From NCBI GenBank assembly GCA_013239625.1, contig MU057356.1, positions 7,817,422 through 7,881,421 of the forward strand: a stretch of 64,000 nt of DNA, given 5' to 3'. The notes under the pieces are model-generated. The model was not told where the DNA came from. It worked only from the letters and a program-made list of their open reading frames with translations, and searched no databases. Position numbers and translations under genes: made by a program. Below are positions 38,256-53,027 of the stretch, piece by piece (the first letter of the stretch is position 1; every line of letters starts with the position of its first letter). The stretch comes from Lama guanicoe (lineage: Eukaryota).

Positions 38256-41200
38256 AGCAGCATTTCTGGACATCATCGACCCCTGAGGAGCTGAATTTTC
38301 CACATCTGAGTAGCAGGATTCTTCCCTTTGTTTAGCTGTTTGGAGGGCTGGGGCCTCCACGCAATTCTCAGGAACAAAACTAATGAAATTCCAGAGGAGG
38401 GGTGGTGTCCACTGTTTCCCCCTCATCCACTCCAGTGGCTGCCCCCTGGTCTAGCACTACTGCTTCTCCACCCGGTACTGGTGAGGGCAGCGTGGGGAGC
38501 GGGCAGGAGACTGAGCTTCCAGATGGGGCAGTGGAGGAGCCGGAGTCTGTAAGGAGTCAGTGTCCTCCTTCTAGAAAGCATGGATGACTTGGTAGGGAAC
38601 CAAGTTGTATGGGTTTCCCAGGAACACAAGAGTAAAAACTAAAGTTCTTAATGCTGGGAGGGCTTTAGCATTTATTCAAGTTTTCAAACATTATCTTTTC
38701 ACTCGGGAGCCACCTGATACTTGTGCCAGTCAACCGTAAAAAGTCTATGTGGATACCTCTCCCAGGAATCCAACCAATTTTGCTTTCTCTAATAGGAATG
38801 GAAGAGAGCGTTGTAAATGTCAAACGGCAGATTGTATAGCAACATCAATTGAACTAGGCATTCATGAGCAAATGTACCATTTATCTAGCAAAGCTCTGGG
38901 TGGTTCTGTTCATTTAAATTACCTGATGCTGGGCGAAAATCGAGCTGAGGTTTCGTCCGCGAATTCAGGTGCAGGCTGAGGTGGTTGCTTCCACCCAGCA
39001 ACTGAGTGGAAGTTGCTCTTGTGCAGCAGCAGGGGAAGGGGGGGTGTGTGGTCTGCATGGTGTGTGTTGGGCCAGGCAGCTCAGAAGGCCAGGTGGAGCC
39101 TTCGATGTCCAGATCCTGTCTGTGGGCCCTATACCTTCAACCCAGAACATTCCAGACGCTGGAGTGACAAATAGGACAGTCCAGGAAGAAGAGCAGGGGA
39201 CGCTGAGCAAGAACAGTTGGTCAGCCTGATGCTGCGGCCCTCTTTGGAGTCTGGGACAGTAAAGGGCTGCTAATGAGTGTGGTAGGCATGTGGTTGGGAG
39301 TGGGGTTGGGACTAGTGAGTGAGGAGGGGACTAAGGTGGATCCTGGAGTGATGGCTGGTGGGAGGCAAGCCCAGCACCCTAAACTATGTGCTGGCAGCAG
39401 CTAGCCCTCGTGGCCCATGATGGTGCCCACTATAGTCCAAGGCCAGTTCTTTAAGAGACTGAAGACGCTCAACACGGGACGTGCAAAGTCACAGTCTGTG
39501 GAGGAGACGAGCAGAGGCAAAGGCTAAACAAGAATGTGTGGCTTGGAGCCGGCAGAAGCTCCTTGGAGCTGGGCCTTGCGGAAAAGTCAGATTTAAAGAA
39601 AGGGCCTTCCAGGAATAGGTACGTGGGAACCACTCTGCAGGCTGCTTTCTGCAGGTAGTGGAAGGGGCCAGCAGCTACATCTTAAGCCACAGGGTAAATA
39701 CCTCCCCAGGAGGCTTGAGTGTGGCGATGGTGACTCATCTGCTCAGAAGTCACAGGCCCCAGGGGACAGCCAGCAGGCAGTCACCAGGTGCCGTGCCTTT
39801 GAGGACACCTGTTTGTGTCTGTTTGGGGATTATAAGGAAAACGTATCATGTGTGTGTAAGAATCTCCAGGAATTTTCAGAATTTTGTGGCTGGATCAGCA
39901 CCATCAGTAAAACTACGTTGTATTAGTGAAAATGTATCCTAAAGATAAGCCCGTTGGTTTTGCCATTTATTGTTAATTAAATTTTCCCAGAGATGGCAGC
40001 AGAAAGATTGTTAACGTTCATGAATTTACATCAAGTTAAACATCTGTTCCTCTTAAGCTAAACTCCAGTAAAGTTACGGTGGCTCATAAATTAGACCGGG
40101 GAGTGAAATGCATCTTGCTCTTTGCACAGCTTAGCGGTTTCAAAATAGACCTCAGATTGGCGCACTGCAACTGGGGCCGTGTAATACAACCGCATTCAGC
40201 TGCGATGCTGGTGCCAGACAATTAAGCTAAGTTTCTGCTTTGGGGGTGAAGATCGCAGCTTTGTCTGCAGCAGTAGCATTATTTCTCAGGCCCTCTGGGG
40301 ACAATGTGGGAACCAGGACTGCTGATGTTCCAGTCGGGGTTGGGGAGCGCCTACTCATGAGCGGACCCAACAGCAGCCAAGAGATTGTAGGCACATCTGG
40401 TCTCTCCCTTGGGCCCCTCTGGGGGTTCTCCCAGGGGAGGGTCTCAGGACCTGAGCCTAGGGGCTGGGCCTCCCTGCCAGGTCCAGGAAGGACTGGAGTC
40501 TCGAGGATGTGGCTCAGGGTGCTGCTGGCTGCTGTGCGCCTTCTGAAGGGAGGGCCTGTGTTTGGCTTGGGAAGGGAGCTGGCCTCCACTGGCCCACCAG
40601 CCCCCACCCAGCACTTCCTTCCTTCCCATCCGCCTGCTCCTTAGCCCACATCCATCCCCAAGAGGGATGGCTTCTGCTAATGGCAGAGGAGTTTGTGATG
40701 TTGAGTAACCTGTGCCCTGCAGTCCTCTCTCCTGGAAGTTTGGGTTTGCAGGTGACTCTGGAAGTGCAGGGCTGCCCCGGTGAGGGAAGGGCCAGCATGG
40801 TGGAAGCCATCAGGGGTGGGGTCTTCATGGGGGCCTTGGGATCCTCCATCATGACCCCTCAAAATTCTACCCATGTTTAAAGCTCTTGCTGGGAGCACAG
40901 AGGATCGCCAGGGTCAGCTTTGTGCTCAGTTACTGATCAGAGCCTCGGTAAGGAACTGGACCTTTCCTGAAGCTGTGCCATGGTTGAATTCACCCTCAAG
41001 GCCTCCCCACCTGGGCTACTGTTACAAGCACAGGCCCCCCGCCTGTCCTTTTGCAGGGCTGTCCTGACCAGTGGTGGAACCACAGGGCAGAACTCTTCAT
41101 CCTCCTCTTCTTCAGAGGCAGGCCTCAGGAGCTGCATGTGCCCCCCAGAGGGGTTCAGACAAGCCATTTCCCATGGGACCCAATGTCTAACGGGACAGCC

Positions 41201-41504
41201 GCCCCTTTGTGGCTCACGACCACCTTCCCCTCACCACCTCCTACCTGGCCATGCCAGGTTTTGGGGTGCCCCACTGGTGAGGTAGCATCCACACACACAC
41301 CCCAGCTAAATGTACCACACGCTGGAGCTGCCCCTCCAAACCCACATCTCACGTACACCCCGCACTTCCAGGAGCTGATACAATGGATGACATAGGCCCC
41401 CAGCCCTCTCCAGAGTTCCAGACCTCCGTCACTGTGGCTCAGGATGGCTGGGATTGTCCCCTCCTCAGGGCAGGGCTGCAGCCCTTCTCCACCAAGATTC
41501 CACT

Positions 41505-41560
41505 GTCATCCATTCAGCAGACATTTAATGAGCACCTTCTGTATGCAGGTGCCCAGACCG
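41505..41560 (-). mobile_element. L2 3' tail fragment
   Basis: catccattcagcagacatttaatgagcaccttctgtatgcagg. Confidence 0.65.
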
Positions 41561-43231
41561 GGGGCTGGGGTCATACCTCTGCAGCAAGGCAAGGCGCAGG
41601 CCTCGAGGAACTCCCATGTAACAGGGCAGCCTGACCCCAACAGTATGGGAGTAACAGGGTGATGCCTAGGGACAGCGCAGAGACAGAGAAGAATGGGGCA
41701 GCGCGCCAGGAACTCTTTAGATGGGGGTGAGATGTTGGAGAGGGAGGCAAGCAGAGACAGACTCTTTCCAGTCCCCCATACCACTCCTCCCTTCCTGGTG
41801 CCAGGTGTCTCCATCACCCCCTCTCCTGCCTCCAGGTGCCTTCATATCCAGGACCTGGGCCTATCTGGGGCCTTGACCACTCAGCCTGTCTCTCTCGGTT
41901 AGAATCTGAGCTCCCGGCTGCCTGGCTGGCATCTCCCACCTTGCCCACGCTGTACACCCTTGACTTTTGGGAGCGAGCAGCCCCTCCCACACCTGGGACC
42001 GGAAGCTTTGCCTGCCACAAAGTAAAGACCATCCCTTTGAAGCCCAATCTGGCAGGGGCACACGTGGCTGATGGAATATTCAGTGTCTCCTTCGCTTCTC
42101 TTTGTTTTGCAGTAGAAAGTGTGCCCTTGATGGACGTTTAATTCCAGAGGCTTCCTATCTCTCTTGGCTCAAAAAATTAAATGCGGATGTGCCTGTGTTT
42201 CCACTATAATAACCTCCCTCAGAGTGGAGAGAGTGTGGCGGGAAGAGGAGAACATTAGAATCTTCAAAGAGGGACAATTATGGAGGGAACTAGATTAATG
42301 AGGTGTCATAACAGCTTAGCCAGATCTGCGGCTGACCTTTCTCGTGGAGAACGGGCTTGATAAATGTAGTTCATTACCAAGTTCTGACATGAAAATAGGA
42401 TCACACTCTGGGCCCCTCAGCAGGCTGATCAATATTTTATCTGCCAGAACAGGCCTGGTCTGTGAGCAGGAGAAGCCCCGCACATGCGTGCCGGTGGAAA
42501 GCCTGAGGCCAGGGCCGGGGGCTGGTCGCGCGGGGCCTGCGCCACCACACAGAGGGCAGCCCAGCCGGCAGGAGGGTGGCTGGGCCCTTCCACGGGCCTG
42601 TTGGGGATTCTCATCATGGTCAGGCTGACCGGGACATGAGCCTCGATCCCTGAGAGCAGAAATGTTCCCGGAGATGGGAAGGGAGGGAGGAAGGCTTCAC
42701 TGATTTAGTGGCCTCCTGTGCCAGGCACTGGGCATCAGTGACGGGGACAAAGACAAGTGCTCCAGGCCCTGATTTAGCTGGGGCATCGAGCCCTGTTCAT
42801 ACAAAGAAGCCCTCGGGCTCTCCTGGCCACGTGGACGCTGTGAAGTCCTCCAACGCCTCCTGTTATGTCAGGACCCTGTAAGGTGGTCAGAGCTCTTATT
42901 GCCTCCATTCTAAAGTAAGAATTGGTCAGGGACTCACAGCCGCTCAAAGACTGGGCCAGATGGTCTCCTGACCCCTGTCCAGTGCTCTGTCCAGCTTGCC
43001 ATGATTTTTACGAGTGGAGTTGGTGTCAGGTGGACATGGCAGCCTCTGATGAAGTCTGTCTCCACCTTAGGACCCCAGGAGAGTCACCCTGGCTTCTTAA
43101 TGATTCTGCCCTGGAACCACAGGACTGGTTTCTTAACCACATTCACAAGCATTTAACACTGTAATGCCACATGTTTGTCTGTCCAGTGCCGTCCCAGCGG
43201 CTTGGAGCTTGCAGTCAGTCCCACAGAGGGA

Positions 43232-43692
43232 TGTAACAGACGCTGATAACACCCCATCCAGATTCCCACAGTCAACCCAGAGGTTACGTGCAGCTTTGGT
43301 GGATTATTCCCGGTAACACTTGTAAATAGCATCCAACCTCATCGTCAGCCTGAGGGCAGCCTGGCCTCACTTGGGGAGGCCAGAAGTGCTGGATCAGACG
43401 GGGGTTATGCCCTGGGAGCAACCCTCAGCCGACAAGGGCTGGAAGTTGGCGGAAGGGCACCCTGCCCCCTGAGATCTCAGTGGAGCAGCTACGTGTTGTG
43501 CTCAACTTCATCTCTCCAAGGTCCCACGGGCTGAGCTCCGGGCGCCCTCAGTGGCACCCCACCCTGTGTTAGCCTTCCGCCCTCCCCAGTCTCCCTTCTT
43601 CCTTCCTGCACTTCTTAGGATCCTCCCCAAAGGCACTGCTCACCCTCCATCCTCCTCTCAGAGGCTGCTCTGCAGGAGCCCAAACTAAGACA
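43232..43692 (+). mobile_element. LTR16-family (ERVL) solo LTR
   Basis: About 460 bp, from tgtaacagacgctg to ...cccaaactaagaca, with internal gcaaccctcagcc and ctgagctcc motifs. Confidence 0.75.
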
Positions 43693-44849
43693 GGTCCAAA
43701 TCTCGCACAAAAGAACATTCCATAGGTACAGGGAGGACAAGTGAGAAAGTTGGAGGGAGGTGGTTCTCTGTGTGAGTGGGAGGGCGCTGAGTGACCCCAC
43801 AGAAACAGAGAGGAGAGGAGGGGAGAGAGCCCAGGAGAAAGCACCGGCAGGCCTGCGTCGTCGCATGTGATCAGAGCACGGTGAGCGCTGGGTCTGCAGG
43901 CATCTTCCCTGGGACTCTCCAAGCCTCATCAGAAGGCTTTGACCTGGCCAAGCTCACCAGGGAGACCCAACAATCCCCATGTTATAATGAAACAAAGTTT
44001 TCTTTACCTAGAAACCACCAAGATACAAAGGATACACTCAATGACTTTCCAAGCATGTGGTTAGTACAGATCCTTAGTCCTGCCCACGCATGCAGCAGGT
44101 CCCCTACAGGTCTCGACTGGGCAGCCCCAGGCGAGCTCGTTCAGGGCACAGACCTCAGCATCATACACAAACATCCTCCTCTGCAGTCTCTGGAAGCCCC
44201 ACTCTCCCTGGATCAAGAGTGAGGCCAGTCCATAGAGTCCTTGGCTCCAGGCTCCCAGGACCGGCTGGGCTGGGTGTTGCCTTTTTCACCATCGTCATCA
44301 TCAGCCCCCATGGTGGGGGCACCTGGGAGGAGTGTTGTGGTCCCTAGGCCTCTGCCGTCCCCCCTCCAGGGACCTTCCCTCCAAAGGGGAGGAGCACCAA
44401 GAATTCTGAAGCGGGGGGATGCCAGTTTAGATCGGGCCATGTCTCAGCAGCAGCCACAATGCAGGAAAAGAAAGCCGGGTGGAGATTCAGGTAAACAGCC
44501 CTGGAGGGAGCGGTAAACGCCACCCCTACCCTTACCCCCACCCCCAGGGCAGCACGCTCGCTCGCAGAGCCAGTGCTGCTGAAGTCGTTTCTTGCTCCAC
44601 CCTCAGCTTGTCGTCTTCTGGTGTGCTGGCCAGGTGGGTGGATGGTGATGACCTGCGTGACCATGAGAAGGACCAGGCCCTTGGGTACTGAAGCTCTTGC
44701 CCAAATCGAGTAAAGGAAGAGGAAGGTGTGAAAACAGAGGCTGTGTGGATGGGGCCTCTGGCCTGAGCATCTGACAAGGCAGCCAGGGCTGGACTCACAG
44801 CTCAGGGTCACCTGTGCAGGGGACCTGGCTTCACCTCCAACCAGTTTCT

Positions 44850-44985
44850 GGGAGGGAGATTGTGGGTGATTTGTTTTCTTTCTTTATACTCACCTGCACT
44901 TTCCAAGTGATTTTTTCGTTTTTTGTTTTTTGGGTTTTTTTTTTTTGATGAATATATGTTTCCTTTGCAATAAGACAAAGGTTTA
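44850..44985 (+). mobile_element. Old L1ME 3' end with T-rich expansion
   Basis: gagattgtgggtgattt.ttttctttctttatac...ttccaa...tgaatatatgtttcctttgcaat. Confidence 0.6.
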
Positions 44986-47234
44986 AAACTGGCAGTAGGG
45001 TAGGAACGTTTAGCTAGAGACCAGCTCTGGCAGGTTCACAGATGTCCATGCTCCACCTCTGTGAGCTGCTTCGTCTGACCCCACTGTGTGATGAGGGGGG
45101 ATCGTGAATGAAAAATTGAACCTGGGACTGAATAAACTAGTGCTTTTACGTGCCTAGCTCAGAAGCTATGCATCTTGGAAACCAAGAGGGAAGGCTTTTT
45201 TTGAAAGGGCAGTCCTTGCTGGAGATGAAATATCTAAGAACTTGATGAGGGAGTTTGGATTTTGGAATCTAAAGTGCCCATCTCCACGGGTGCAGAAATG
45301 CCACCATTATGGTGTCTTTCCTCTGGTGCTCATGGACCCTTCAGACCTGGAGGGATATTAGAGGAGCTCAGGAATGTTGGGCCAATGATTTAACTATTTG
45401 AGGCTGAAACTCACGTAAAGCACAACTGCTCCTGGGATGAGGAAGGATTTCAGATTCTCTTCCAGGAGCCACTCGATGTATGTCAGGACCCCCACGTCCA
45501 GCAGTCACCAGGCACAGTGAGGTGCCTGGTAAAGCAAAGAACAGAGGAAGTTTTGCAAAGCATGATCTGTAGGGCCTGGCTTCCTGCCTCAACTCCACAC
45601 TTCCCTCTGGCCTTGTCTTGTGCCCCCTTCTGCCTCACTCCAGCCCAGACACACCAGCTTCCCTGGGGCTCCAGGCACACGGTGCCACCAGCTTTGCACC
45701 TGCAATCCCTGCAGCCTGGCACTCCCTTCCCTCTGCCACCTCCTCCCACAGAACCCTCATCCTGTAGGTCTCATCCTTAGGGAGATCTCCTTCACCCTGG
45801 CCTCCTTAGCTCTCCCTCCATGGGCCCTCTGATGCCCAGGGCAGGAAGCCCATCGTATCCTCAGTGTGCCACCCAGCATGGGGCACAGAGTTTGTGAGTC
45901 AATACTGGTAACAGGAAGGGAAGGGCGAGGCCGGTGGTCTGGCCCTAGCAGGAGGCCAGACCAGGGACTCAAGGAGCTGGCCCTGAAGACTGGGGACACC
46001 CACCCATTCCCCCAAGTTGATTTCTGATCATGTCCATTCCTTCCTGACCAGGAGGCATGTGCTAGGAAGTGGCCAAGGTAAAGAAGCCACGGTGAACTCA
46101 CAGTGAGCTCTGGGAATGTGATAGGGACAGAGCCTGGGGAGGCTGACGCAACCCACCCAGCAGGACCCACCTCCGTGGTTTTCCTGGGATGCCAGTGTGG
46201 GAAGTGCTGTCTAGCTGCAGACCCCTGGCACAGGGCAGCAGGCAGCTCAGAGGAGATCTGGGCCCACCAAGGGCTATGAGGAAGATGGGGGGCTGGTTGG
46301 GAGGACCAGCGAGGATGAGATGCCTCTGCCCATCTGACCTGGTGGGGCACATCCTTCGGGTGGCCCTGCTGGGCTGTGTTCTTAGTGTGGAGCCTAATTG
46401 TATGCTAGCATTGAGTCGAGCCTCCTATCAGCCCCATATCCATCCACTGTGTGCACAGGCTCCCCGGCCTCTGGGCATGAATGCCTGTCCCCAGGAAAAC
46501 CTGACAGGCCCTCCAGCCCAGGTTCCTGGGATCCTCCACCCAGAGACTTTGACCATCATGTCCACCAGAGCTTCTGTCTTCACTCACATACCACATCCCA
46601 CTTCTGTCCATAGGCCAGGACTGGTTTCACCCCCTTGGAGGCTAGGGGACAAGATTTGGGCAAAACTCTTCTCATCCTTTCCCCAGACTGACCTTTATCT
46701 GGGCTCAGGAGAATGGCTCAGACGTGGCCTACCACGTCTTCCCCTGGGTGGGAGCGTGTTATCGTGGGACAAAGCTACTATTTGCAACACTGTGCAGCGG
46801 TATGGACTTAAGAATCATGTTTGTCAACTGGGGACCCTAAGCGCTTCCAGGAATGGCTATCCTACCTGGCCAAAGAGGGATGCCAGCAAGCTTAGGGGGA
46901 AGGGCGAGCTGGTCTTGTCAGAGCAGGAAAACTCTCAGAGAGCAAATAGATTTGATTATATTGAACACAGCAATTGATTTTTTTTCTAAATAAACATGCA
47001 GGAGGAAATGGTAATGGGCATCTGTTTCTGACAAGAATCAATTGACCACAAATGGGAAGAAAATTTCAAAACACAAAAAAGCACAAGAGAAAGTGGTTGG
47101 ACTGTCCAGGCTTGTCCAGTGAGGGAGGCAGAGAAAACAGATTTCCCCGTTAGCCCTCTCTGCACCAAGCAGCTTCCCAGTTCCTTGCTCTTCAGCAAAT
47201 GTGGTTCCAATAACTAAGGGAGAGAGGAGCTATG

Positions 47235-47450
47235 GTTTTCTGAGCGCTTACTCAGTGCCAAGTCAGTGCTGTGCCTCTTATATGTATGTCTTATTCAGCT
47301 CTCTGAACAGCCCTATGTGGGCGGCACTGTTCTCCCCACTTCACAGATGAAATCACTGAGGCACCTTGTACAAGGTACACATTCGGTCTGCAGAGCTAGG
47401 ACTCAAGCCTGGCGGACTCCAGAGCCAGTCCTTTCCTGCAGTGCTTTATA
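47235..47450 (-). mobile_element. MIR SINE
   Basis: ctgagcgcttactcagtgcca...aacagccctatg...ccccacttcacagatgaaatcactgaggcac...gagctaggactcaagcctgg..gactccagagcc. Confidence 0.8.
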
Positions 47451-48159
47451 CTGACTCTCCAACCCTGAGTTATTAGCTGGTGCCCAGAACTGGCCTTGGA
47501 ATTAAGGGGAAAAACCCCAGACCCTAGACACTCCCCTCCCAACAGCGCACGGGCTTTGACCTGGAATGGCTGGGGAGGAGCTCACACCCGTTCTCTAGGA
47601 CTCAGCCAAGCCAGGTGTGGAAGCACGTACTCCATCCCGGGAGATGGGGAGGTGGGGCTGGAGGGGATGCCCTGCTCTGCTAACAGCCTGGCAGCCCCTA
47701 TTCATGGTGCAGTCCTGCAAGGAAACACCTCGTGGCCTGTTACCAGCAAGATAAACTATGTCATGTCGCGGTGCATCCCAGGCCTCATTTGCCAAAATGC
47801 TGCGTGGTTCTGATGCTGCGGAGCAAGCACGCCTGTGATAAAAGGCCTAAGAGTAATGGGCTGTAGTGCCTCGATTTTAATTTCTTAAAGCTGCCTTTTG
47901 TTTCTTGGTCGTAGGCTTGTGTACACATGTTCATTTTTAAGTACTCCAGCTCTGGGAGTGTACCTAATTACTGTAAGCAGGGCTGATTAGTCCTGTTAAC
48001 TAGACCTCCCTCGTCTACGAGGCCAAGGATTCCAAAGCTGCCTTTAAGGTGGGATTAAGGCAAAGACGAGCTGTTAACGAAATGGAACTGGGGCCGGCTT
48101 TCCTCAGGCAGCTGTGGGGCTGCCGATGGGAGTTCCCCCGACAAATCTCCCCTCCGTCT

Positions 48160-48674
<515 letters not shown>

Positions 48675-49199
48675 TGAGGTGTTCCATGCAGTGTGTGGAC
48701 CAAGAGAAGCTGGAGAGCCACATGGGGAGAGTCCTTTGTAACCGACTCTGTAACGGGCCGCCGAGGAGGCCCCGCTCCTGCAGGAAAAAGCCGTCTCCCA
48801 GGAGTCAGAGCGCCTGTTCAACCCCTCTGAGAATATCTGACAAACAGAACCATGTCGCTGTCTCCTTCCCACCAGCCACATTTAGCCAATATTTACAAAC
48901 AAGCTCTGAGGCCCTTAGCTGGCAAAACACACTTCAGCGGGGCCGGGCTCTGATGTTTTCATTAGGAAATGAGTCTTTTCTTCCTGAGTCTTTCACTTGC
49001 CTCAGCAGGAAGGTTAAAAGGAAGCAGACTCGTTTCCACCACACACTTTTGAGGCGGTAACCCGGACATCCCCAGGTCCTCGCCCCCTTGAGCTTGCCAC
49101 TCTGTGGCGTCCAGGCGGCAGCAGCCCACGGCCCAGCCTGCTTGCTTGCACGGCGTACGTTCTCAGTGGGGGCAGTGATTATCATCAGTATCGTAATCA

Positions 49200-49410
49200 C
49201 CTTTATTGTTGTCACTGTTTCCTCCTTGAACCTTTCAGCCACTCTCTGCTCTGAGGTGGGTGCTACTGTTATCCCACTTCACAGATATCTTTAGATGAGG
49301 AAGCCACGAATCCAAGAAATCAAGCACCTTGCCTAAGGAATGTGCGCTGCCTGGGACATGATGAACTCAGACAAAACCCAGGAGGGCAGGTGTACAAATC
49401 TGGACCTGCT
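49200..49410 (-). mobile_element. MIR SINE (diverged)
   Basis: tgaggtgggtgctactgttatcccacttcacagat...agatgaggaagc...cttgcctaagg. Confidence 0.6.
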
Positions 49411-50964
49411 ATCCTCACAGTACAGGGGGCTCCATGGGGGAGGGCTCCCACCCCAAGGCTCCATTTGATCCCCTCAAGGTCTGTGGGGACAGCAGGTACC
49501 CACAAAACCTCAATACTGAGCAATCACCCAGACACTTCACCACACAGGGTCCCCTTCTCGAGTCCAGCCAGTCCAGAGCCTGCTTCCAGGGAGCGCGTTG
49601 GAAACCAGGGATCCTAAGACACTTGCAGACCTCACTCTACTCACCCACACCAGGGCAACACATGCAAACCCATCCAAGGCCTGTGCCCCAGGAGGCCTCC
49701 CTGGCACAGGCCAGCCTGCATGTCACCACCTCCATCAGCGCTCAGCCCCCAGCTATGGCTAAGACCCCAGGGGGCAGTGCCAGGGACCCACAGCTGTCCC
49801 ATGCTGCTCTGGGGAGGGCCCAGGTCCTGTTAGTTACGGTTACCTGCAGGAAGAGCCATATGGCCATTCCCCTCCTGCAGGCTGTGTGGGGTGCACCAAG
49901 GGCCGGCAGCTTTGACTCGCCCTGGACAGAGGCAGCTAGGGGTTTATGGCGCCCCGGCCCACATGATTCCTGGGTAGCTGCCAGGTAAACAGAACCTTCT
50001 TGGGCACATTGCTCTTACCTGGCAGGGAAGTGCCCTGAGGCACCTGAAGCCATTAACAAGCGTGGTAATTGGACTATGATTTCCTCTTTAAAATTTAATG
50101 TATTTAAAGTCCATTTCATAAATCTGCCAAGCAAGGCCCCACTAAAGGGGGCCTTTCCTTGACACTGAGTCAGAGGCGTCAGGGAAAAACGTGTTGGTCC
50201 TATGAAAAGTTAATCAATTTCCAATGCAGAAATAGACAAAGGGAAATTTTCATCTTTGGAAGATTGATTTCAGGCGTTATGGTTGATCTCCCTTTTATCG
50301 AACACTCTTACTTGCTGGGTGAAGGGTCATTTTTTTAACATTATCACATTAAATTGCCTTTAATACAGCAGGCCCAGCTGAGACTGTTGAATAAAGAGAA
50401 AATGCCTTTATTCCCCTCCCCTCAAACACCAAGTAAAATAAAGTCATTTTCTTTCTTCTGAGATTGTCCTTGCAGGACTCTAGTTCCAGACACATACACC
50501 AAAAGGTGACTGGTCAGGCTTGGGGGGCCTCTGAGCCCTGTGGTCCAGGCCATATCCAGAGAGGACTTCACAAGGGCCTGCCCATGGTCCCCAAGACAGA
50601 GTCCCAAGGGTGGTGGTTTGCGTTCCTGGCAGGAGAAGGCAGGCAGAGATGGGGGCTAGGCCTAGGTCAGCAGAATGGCAGCTTCCTCTTTTGTGGGCTG
50701 TGCTGTGGCTTCGAGGCACTGCCCTGAGGTTGGTGAGGACTGGTAGGGGGTGGGGAGGGGTGCACTGATGGAGCAGGGACTGTCCAGCTCTACACAGCTG
50801 GGAGCTGCTGAGTTCAGCCACTGTTTGCTGGGGTTATTTGATCAGGTACCTTCTTTTCTCTGTTTCCGTATCTATAACACGAAGGGGTAGACCAGGTGAC
50901 TGCAAGGATCCTTCACATCTCAGACTGCGTGGGGTCTATTTGCCCAGACAGGGAAAAGACCTGA

Positions 50965-51454
<490 letters not shown>

Positions 51455-52839
51455 TAGGTGAATGCAGTTGAATTTGTTTTGCAATAAGCCTGAGTTTTAA
51501 GAAAAGAGTAAGGTGGGTGGGAGAGGGGGTACTGACTCTGCTCCCTTTGGATAAAGGCTCTTCTCACTGCTGCTTTTGTGTGAGGAACCCAGGACTGAGA
51601 TTTCAGCATGATTGGGAGGGCACTTCTGATCTCTGGGGGATTCCATGACTGCATGTGGAGGGAGCAGATTTTAGGGTATCCTCAGATGGTGCTGCGGCCC
51701 TGTCAGGGAACTGCACCTGGGGGCAAATCCTGCAGGAGGGTCCTGGAGGCTTGGCCAGGTAGGAGAGGAAGAAGTCACTACCAAGGACGATGGAGGGTGA
51801 GGGTCCAGCTTGAAGAGAGGCAGGGGAATCCCTGGAGAAGAGAGAAGAGAGATGTTCTATGTGAAAATAGAGGAGGTTCTCGGAGTGGGCCTGCTCTGGG
51901 GTCACTGGTGCGTACAATGCGCTGGTAGGATGACTGAAGGATCTAGGTCGTCTCCCTGAGGTGCTCCTCCAAAGATGACCACATGTGAGCCACAGCTGGA
52001 GCTGGGACAGGGCTTCTGAGAGATGCAAATGCAAGAATGAGCCCCAGATAACTCAGACAAGGTCAGCAGAGAGGAGAGGGAAGGCGGTGCAGGGCCCTAA
52101 CTTGAGACAAGAGGTGCCAAGGAGATGAAGCCCTTTATGTCAAACAGCACTCGGGCCCTGCTTAAAGCACGTAGTGTGTGTGCCCTGCGTGAGGCCCACT
52201 TGGACATGACCTGCAAGCTCACAGCTCCTAGCTGCAGGCCTGGAAATTGGGGAAGCAGGTATGAGATCCCCAGGGTGCCCTGAGTACTCTGTACTGAGTA
52301 CTCCGGGCATCCTCGGCCCTGACCCCAGTCTGTGCCTGCAGTTCCATTTTTCAGGAAGACATTCCTGCTTTGTGTTGACACCTCTGTGTGCTGTTGTTAT
52401 CCCCGATATTCACAAGGCCTGAGAAGGAGCCCGTGTGATTTGTTGGCAAGAAGGGCTCTTGTGGCAGCTAGGAGAGGTACTCATATGCCCTACGAGGAGA
52501 GAGTCGAGTGTGATTCTTCCTTGTGGAAAATGTCCGTGAGTTTGACACACAAGGTGCCTTTCCACAGCACTGTCTATTCTATTTCTATTACCCAGGACCA
52601 AAGTCCAACCCCCATTTACAGGGCTCTGCTTGATGTACAGTGACTGGATGTGGCTCCCCATCTTCCTCTTTCCTGCCTCCGTTGAAACTCTTACCTACAG
52701 GTAGTGATTCATAATTAGGTGTGAATGCCTGATAGGCTCCATCTGCTGTGGGAGGTGTTTATGGATTGAGGAGCTTACTCCCTGAAATAAATCTCTAAAT
52801 TTTAGAATGTACAGAAGTATCAGCAACTCTGGAGACCTA

Positions 52840-53027
52840 GCTCAATCGTGAGGCGATTGTTAGATTTTTCAGGACTTCTGCAAGGCAAACAGTTAAACAG
52901 TCGGTAGCTTTCAATCAGCCACAGTGGGAGTATTTACAACATAGAAATTTGCACAGGTGCTGCAGAAGGGCTAGGCCATGTTTTCCCTCAGGATTGCCCA
53001 ATGTTAGGCACGGACCTGCACACTCTG
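52840..53027. mobile_element. MER63-like hAT-Blackjack element
   Basis: agccacagtgggagtatttacaacatagaaattt resembles the MER63 core as I recall it. Confidence 0.55.

Noticed and set aside
46189-46977. Longest ORF in the track (262 aa, +)
   Set aside because: Non-ATG start, no recognisable domain, and composition typical of GC-rich non-coding DNA. Chance ORF.
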